Part shown: positions 56,508 to 60,999 of the stretch, in pieces
Layout of the letters: every line of letters begins with the position of its first letter
How positions within the stretch are numbered: the first letter of the stretch is position 1
Source: a virus
Taxonomy: Duplodnaviria > Caudoviricetes
Reading direction: 5' to 3' (one strand)
DNA length: 60,999 nucleotides
Virus record (IMG/VR): IMGVR_UViG_3300037502_000383
Span: 1 to 60,999 of that record
Program-made: the position numbers and the translations under genes
The notes under the pieces: model-generated
The model's input: only the letters and a program-made list of their open reading frames with translations
Told to the model about the DNA's origin: nothing
The model's database searches: none

Positions 56508-56666
56508 TCAGGTATGGTCGGCTGCGCCGCCGATGTACGCAAAAATCGCGTCACAAATCAGGCTCGAATCAACTTCTGCGGCGTTTTCCTCGGCGAGATA
56601 ATCGGCGATGTATGACGCAAATTTGTTTAGTTCCATTTGTGTAAATTTTTCGTTGAAAATGTCCAT
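56508..56666 (-). CDS. 52-aa acidic early protein (not in ORF track)
   Basis: Repeat-associated start; MDIFNEKFTQMELNKF. Confidence 0.6.
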   Translation of the reverse strand: MDIFNEKFTQMELNKFASYIADYLAEENAAEVDSSLICDAIFAYIGGAADHT

Positions 56667-56680
56667 CGTCTGATCTCCTG

Positions 56681-56878
56681 TTAGGCTAGTTCATGGTCAA
56701 ATGCGTAGGTCGATGCAACTGGTTCCGCGAAAGGCTCGGCGCGGAGTTGCTCGGCGTTGAAAACGTCAACAATTATTCCCTCGTCGGTTGTGTGTAGGTA
56801 AACGGTAAACCCGCGAACATCTACCCATACAGCGCAGCTATCGTCGGCTTTGTAATCTCCATCGGCTAGTGGTTTCAT
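56681..56878 (-). CDS. Small early protein
   Basis: Repeat-associated start; TDEGIIVDV. Confidence 0.65.
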   Translation of the reverse strand: MKPLADGDYKADDSCAVWVDVRGFTVYLHTTDEGIIVDVFNAEQLRAEPFAEPVASTYAFDHELA

Positions 56879-57060
56879 ATCGTCTGATCTCCTATCAGTT
56901 CAATGCCGATGGTTTCCTCGTTGTAACTCTCAGGCCACACAAAATCGGGCGCGACTGTAAACAGTTCATGCGCGGCGATGTAGGCTGCATCTTCGTCGGC
57001 TGCGTTGACCGTTATCGTTTTATAAACTTCTGCTTTGATTGTCACGTTGTAAATGTTCAT
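56875..57060 (-). CDS. Small early protein
   Basis: Repeat-associated start; VxAxxEDxA motif. Confidence 0.6.
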   Translation of the reverse strand: MNIYNVTIKAEVYKTITVNAADEDAAYIAAHELFTVAPDFVWPESYNEETIGIELIGDQTI

Positions 57061-57071
57061 CGTCTGATCTC

Positions 57072-57242
57072 CTATCGGCTGGCGGGTAATCCTGCGCGGC
57101 GCGCGCGGGTGATTGCTATCTTGGCGGCGTGAATGCTCTTGAATCGCTGGCCGCAGAAGTGGTCTGAATCGTCGGTAACGTAGCAGTCTGATTCGGCAAA
57201 GCTGCCGTTGATATAGCTGCCGTTATAGCGAATTGTGTACAT
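57072..57242 (-). CDS. Small early protein
   Basis: Repeat-associated start; FKSIHAAKIAIT. Confidence 0.6.
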   Translation of the reverse strand: MYTIRYNGSYINGSFAESDCYVTDDSDHFCGQRFKSIHAAKIAITRARRAGLPASR

Positions 57243-57256
57243 CGTCTGATCTCCCT

Positions 57257-57442
57257 TCAGGATTGCAGCAGGATTAAAAGTTTTCCGCGTGAATCGTCTG
57301 ACCATTCGCGGAGCCAATGGTGAAAAAGCGCGCTGCGTTCTGCTTGCGCGGCGGTCATGTCTTGCCAGTCATCATCGGCCATCTGTTCGTTGAAAGCTGG
57401 CAGATAGTGGGCAAGCAAAATATCTTTGCGGTTGAATGGCAT
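57257..57442 (-). CDS. Small early protein
   Basis: Repeat-associated start. Confidence 0.6.
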   Translation of the reverse strand: MPFNRKDILLAHYLPAFNEQMADDDWQDMTAAQAERSALFHHWLREWSDDSRGKLLILLQS

Positions 57443-57548
57443 CGTCTGATCTCCTTATCAAAATTACAATGTGGTAACGTTACCATGTTTCATGTTTGAT
57501 AACCGTCTGATCTGCTATCAGGTGACAGGCGCGCGTGTCATGTGTTGC

Positions 57549-57577
57549 ATGGTACGTTGCGCGCGTGCCATCGTCAA
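57549..57577 (-). promoter_or_regulatory. Leftward sigma70 promoter
   Basis: TTGACG-17 bp-TACCAT. Confidence 0.65.
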
Positions 57578-57586
57578 GCGTCTGAT

Positions 57587-57904
57587 CTACTGGTTGGCGG
57601 TGGCGCGTTCGATGATTTCGAGGGCGCGCTCCACGGCTTGCCAAGCGGCTTCGGCGGCTGCTTCTGCGGCTTCTGAATCGCGGAGTTCCTGCAGGGCGTG
57701 TGCTTCATTCTCGGCGTATGGCAGAAGCGCGCGCAGGGCGGCTAAAAGTTCCGGCGCGGCTGCTATTAGTCGGGCGTGGTTTATTTCCTGCTCTACTGTT
57801 GCCTCGCCCATACTGTCGCAGATACATATCGGGGTGGTATCGGCGGCGTAAACGGCGCGATTAATTGGGATGCCCATTTTCCAAGGTGTCGGCGCAATAT
57901 TCAT
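57587..57904 (-). CDS. Conserved phage protein
   Basis: TPW...ARLIAAAPELLAAL family motif; repeat-associated start. Confidence 0.7.
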   Translation of the reverse strand: MNIAPTPWKMGIPINRAVYAADTTPICICDSMGEATVEQEINHARLIAAAPELLAALRALLPYAENEAHALQELRDSEAAEAAAEAAWQAVERALEIIERATANQ

Positions 57905-57919
57905 CGGTCTGATCTCCTG

Positions 57920-58213
57920 TTAATTGCCGAAAGCTAGAATGGGCAAGCGCATGGAGCGTTCCCGAATCCAAACCCAATAATTCGAGAGTGGAACATTGCA
58001 GCGCAAGCCTTCGCCGGTCGCAAGCTCGAATTCTTCTGGCGGCTGGCTGGATTCGGCAACTAGAATTAATCCACCGTTTTCCTTCTCTGTGCTTCGTCTG
58101 AAGTACAAATAAAGCGGCTCATAAAATCCGTTGTTGGCGCGGTCTTGCGCTAATTTCTGTCCGGCTTCGGCGCAAGCGGACACAATGTCATTAAATTGAG
58201 CGAATGGTTTCAT
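57920..58213 (-). CDS. Small early protein
   Basis: Repeat-associated start. Confidence 0.6.
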   Translation of the reverse strand: MKPFAQFNDIVSACAEAGQKLAQDRANNGFYEPLYLYFRRSTEKENGGLILVAESSQPPEEFELATGEGLRCNVPLSNYWVWIRERSMRLPILAFGN

Positions 58214-58228
58214 CGGTCTGATCTCCTA

Positions 58229-58426
58229 TCAAGCGGTCAAGTGGGCGAACGTGCGCGGCATGGTCTGCTCGATTTCAATCTCAATACCGAGCGCGGCGAT
58301 ATCGCGCAGCGCGTGGCGGGTGAGGGTCTTGGTTCCTGCTATGCGCGCGAATATCTGCGCGCGGTCACAAGCTGGGTAAGCGGTTTCGATGCCGTAATTT
58401 TTATCGACGCGAATAGTGATTTTCAT
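58229..58426 (-). CDS. Small early protein
   Basis: GGAG SD; YG...YP.C..A..FA.IAGTKTLT. Confidence 0.65.
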   Translation of the reverse strand: MKITIRVDKNYGIETAYPACDRAQIFARIAGTKTLTRHALRDIAALGIEIEIEQTMPRTFAHLTA

Positions 58427-58439
58427 TTTAATAACTCCA

Positions 58440-58847
58440 TTAAACGCAGCGGATTAGATATTCAACGCCATCAAAATCGACGGTCATGTAATCTTGCTCG
58501 GCCTCGTTTGCGGCGGCCTCATAGTCGATAGTCATGTGTCGGTAAGGCCATTGGCCGGAGTTCATTTCCTTCGGCATTTCATAGCAGTCGTTGATTAACT
58601 CGGCGATATAGTCCACAAAATAAGACCGGCGAATGAGGGTTTCGCCGTGTATCCAGTCCGGCGAATCCTCGGCCTCGTCTGCCAGCGCGCGGAGTGCTGC
58701 AAGTTCGGCGGCATCCTCGTCGGAAAAATGTCCGCCTGTTGGGTCGGCCTCGTGGTCATCGCGGCAGGATTCAAGCTCATCCAGTCGGGCGATAACGTCG
58801 CGGCTGTCGATAACATCTTCGGTGTTTTCAATGGTGGTCTTGTGCAT
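58440..58847 (-). CDS. Acidic early protein, possible ArdA-like antirestriction/DNA mimic
   Basis: Very acidic; FVDYxxE...IDYE.AA..A..DY..VDFDG..Y. Confidence 0.5.
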   Translation of the reverse strand: MHKTTIENTEDVIDSRDVIARLDELESCRDDHEADPTGGHFSDEDAAELAALRALADEAEDSPDWIHGETLIRRSYFVDYIAELINDCYEMPKEMNSGQWPYRHMTIDYEAAANEAEQDYMTVDFDGVEYLIRCV

Positions 58848-58859
58848 GGTCGGCTCCGT

Positions 58860-59144
58860 TTAGTTTAGGTCGAGGGCGTGTTGCTGCGGGTAGTGCGCGT
58901 GGTTCGTGAAATAGAATCGAACGGTGTAGCAGTCGGCGTGCAGTCCGGATACAGCGTCAACGGTGAAGCTGGGCTCATCGTCGGCGGTGCTGATAGTCAA
59001 ATCCGGCAGCGCGCAGTACGTCATCATGTAAGCGTCAAGCTCGGCGGCTTCGTCGTCGGATAGTCCAGAATAATCCGCATTGATAAGCGCAGACAGATAA
59101 TGTCCGGCAATGGTTTCTTCGTAATAGTCGTTTAAGCGGTGCAT
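58860..59144 (-). CDS. Small early protein
   Basis: ALINADYSGLSDDE motif. Confidence 0.6.
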   Translation of the reverse strand: MHRLNDYYEETIAGHYLSALINADYSGLSDDEAAELDAYMMTYCALPDLTISTADDEPSFTVDAVSGLHADCYTVRFYFTNHAHYPQQHALDLN

Positions 59145-59156
59145 GGTCGGTTCCGA

Positions 59157-59240
59157 TCAGAAAAGAAAAAGCGCAAAGAAAAAAGCCCACAAAAGCACAG
59201 CGCCAAAAGCGCCGATAAGCATTTCTAAAAGGGTTTGCAT
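59157..59240 (-). CDS. 27-aa hydrophobic peptide (not in ORF track)
   Basis: GGAG SD; MQTLLEMLIGAFGAVLLWAFFFALFLF. Confidence 0.45.
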   Translation of the reverse strand: MQTLLEMLIGAFGAVLLWAFFFALFLF

Positions 59241-59284
59241 GGCGGCTCCAATGGTGGCCGAGCGCAGCGGCTCGGCCTAGTGGG

Positions 59285-59449
59285 TCAGTAGTCGTATTCA
59301 TCCTCAAGGGCAGTTACAAGCCCGTCGAAGTCCTCGGAAGGGCCAAGCATTGATGCCAGCGCGAAAACAGCGTCACGCGGGTAATCTTCGGCGAGTGATT
59401 CGAGATACTCGCGGCGGTTGGCAAAACCTTCAGCTTGATAGTCGTTCAT
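59285..59449 (-). CDS. 54-aa acidic protein (not in ORF track)
   Basis: AAGGA SD; YLESLAEDY...LGPSEDFDGLVTALED. Confidence 0.6.
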   Translation of the reverse strand: MNDYQAEGFANRREYLESLAEDYPRDAVFALASMLGPSEDFDGLVTALEDEYDY

Positions 59450-59461
59450 GATGGCGGTTCC

Positions 59462-59713
59462 TTATGGTTGGAAGCGTGGCAGGTTGCGAATAAAAGTATT
59501 TTCCTGGTAGAGCTCGGTGTACTTAACAGGCTCTCCGGCGGCGGCTTTGGCGGCTGCAAAGCGGGAAAAATCGCAGTCCTCCTCCAGGTAAACCAGGTCG
59601 GCGCGCTGATATGAGTATTCGCTGATTGAGTGGCGGATGCCGAGCGCGTCAAGTTCAGCGCGTGGCACTTCTAACCATCCGTGGCCTGGGTCGGTAATAA
59701 AGCGGTATGTCAT
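59462..59713 (-). CDS. Conserved early phage protein
   Basis: DPGHGWL...ISxYSY...YLEEDCD motif. Confidence 0.7.
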   Translation of the reverse strand: MTYRFITDPGHGWLEVPRAELDALGIRHSISEYSYQRADLVYLEEDCDFSRFAAAKAAAGEPVKYTELYQENTFIRNLPRFQP

Positions 59714-59738
59714 GGGTCGATTTCCTTTCAGCGGTGGG

Positions 59739-59984
59739 TTAAACAAGGTTTTTTGCAGCGATTAGCGCGAAGATATGCTCTCCGTCTTGATCGTCGCTGC
59801 AGTCAATCTCGCCGAGTATCTGGTGCGGCGGGTTGATATCGCAGCATGATTCGAGAATGTCGAACTGCTGCCCGTAGTAATTGACAATGTGCGCGCGCGC
59901 TATTTTTTCGGTTCTAGCGGTTGCACGAATTCGCTCTACGTTTCCACGAGTGCGGTTAATTGCTTCGAATTCGTATTGCTTCAT
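59739..59984 (-). CDS. Small early protein
   Basis: GGAG SD; first gene after leftward promoter. Confidence 0.55.
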   Translation of the reverse strand: MKQYEFEAINRTRGNVERIRATARTEKIARAHIVNYYGQQFDILESCCDINPPHQILGEIDCSDDQDGEHIFALIAAKNLV

Positions 59985-60056
59985 GCGTTTTCTCCCTGGT
60001 GGTTTACATGGGGACATTCTACACAATACACAAGGGGCGTGTCATGTATTGCTTGC

Positions 60057-60085
60057 ATGGTAGCGTATTGCATCAATCATGCCAA
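60057..60085 (-). promoter_or_regulatory. Leftward early promoter
   Basis: TTGGCA-17 bp-TACCAT; downstream sequence resembles that of the 57549 promoter. Confidence 0.55.
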
Positions 60086-60315
60086 GCGAAAATGCGCATT
60101 AATTGGTGGTCGAGTGTCACAAAATGTGACAGTCGGTGTAACAAGGTGTCACATTGTGTAACAGGTGTAACAGGCAATTGATCTGGTCGAATCGATAGCG
60201 GTTGACTATTCCGCACTTGTTCCGGTATTGTCGCGCCATGTAATGCCGAGCGCGGTTGTCATAGTGGCAACGGCAAGGGCGGCGGCGGGATAGTGAGCGG
60301 AGCGAACATCAGGCC

Positions 60316-60999
60316 ATGATGAAATCACCTAGTAGAAAACAACTAAGGGAAGCATTAAAGACAAAAGATATCGGGACAGTCTTAAACGTTCCGCGCGGAT
60401 CCCTGACTGCCAAGCAAAAACGGTTTGCCGAAGCTATAGCGCTGGAAGGGATGACGGGCGCTGATGCGTACAGGGCAGCGTACAGCGCGAAGGGTTCGCC
60501 CAAGTCAGTAGGAACGAATGCAAGCAAGTTGAAGGCACAAGCCCGAATCCAACTAGAACTAGCCGCGCTGGAACAGGCTAAACAGGTGGCTGCGTTGCAT
60601 ACTGCCGAAGCTTTGCGGTCTTTGGTGATTTCTTCGCTCACTTCGGCGCTCATTGACCCCGACACAAAACCGGCAACGCGCATCCAAGCGGCTAAAGTTC
60701 TCGGACAGGTGACAGAAGTGGCGGCATTCACCGAGCGCAAGGAAATCCGGCACATCAAGGATAGCGGCGCGATACGCGAGCAGATACTAGACCAGCTAAA
60801 AGGGTTGATGCTTGGCACAGCGGACGCGGAGACAGTCGAAGCGAATGACCTGCTAGCGGAGTTGTCAGGTGAGCAACCCCACCCCGACCCCACCCCCGCC
60901 GCGCCAGAATGGGACTCCGCCGCGCATGTACATAGTAATGAGCACGAACCATCCGCAGAAATATCGGAACCCCCCCAAGAATTTTCCGATCCCAGCGAA
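60316..60999 (+). CDS. terS: Terminase small subunit (3'-truncated; absent from ORF track)
   Basis: Open frame to window end: LTAKQKRFAEAIA...ADAYRAAY...ASKL HTH motif. Confidence 0.75.
   Translation, partial: MMKSPSRKQLREALKTKDIGTVLNVPRGSLTAKQKRFAEAIALEGMTGADAYRAAYSAKGSPKSVGTNASKLKAQARIQLELAALEQAKQVAALHTAEALRSLVISSLTSALIDPDTKPATRIQAAKVLGQVTEVAAFTERKEIRHIKDSGAIREQILDQLKGLMLGTADAETVEANDLLAELSGEQPHPDPTPAAPEWDSAAHVHSNEHEPSAEISEPPQEFSDPSE

Larger units (their letters stand above)
56246..58231 (-). repeat. Nine dispersed start-associated repeats (A/G)GGAGATCAGAC(C)GATG
   Basis: Copies at about 56246, 56428, 56664, 56876, 57058, 57240, 57440, 57902, 58211, each supplying SD+ATG. Confidence 0.9.

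Noticed and set aside
56246-58231. CRISPR or integron attC array
   Set aside because: Repeats are about 16-22 nt, non-palindromic, irregularly spaced by whole genes; no integrase seen
60309-60893. 194-aa minus-strand ORF
   Set aside because: Antisense shadow of terS on the + strand

Overview
Most of a tailed dsDNA phage genome of podovirus-like morphotype (portal, scaffold, MCP, tail tubular/nozzle, ejection proteins, no tape measure); the host is probably a Gram-negative bacterium (spanins, GH19 endolysin). The window starts inside the portal gene and ends inside a terminase small subunit gene; no TerL, DNA polymerase, integrase or tRNA was recognised. Layout: 1-42 kb + strand virion/lysis arm ending in a 2335-aa polyvalent ejection protein; 42-48.9 kb - strand recombination/nuclease and small genes; 48.9-50.2 kb regulatory/structured non-coding region; 50.2-55.9 kb + strand operon ending in ParB-like, helicase and primase genes; 55.9-60 kb - strand array of small early genes, most preceded by the same SD-containing repeat. 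The standout is 50404-51492: four arrays of strictly phased GG(Y)NN pentamers, the first three separated by two architecturally identical G-U-containing hairpins, flanking a solo 204-aa protein with RAMP/Cas7-like motifs. This looks like a minimal phage RNA-guided system with a 5-nt periodic, non-CRISPR guide. All product calls are from motif recognition by eye; no database searches were run.
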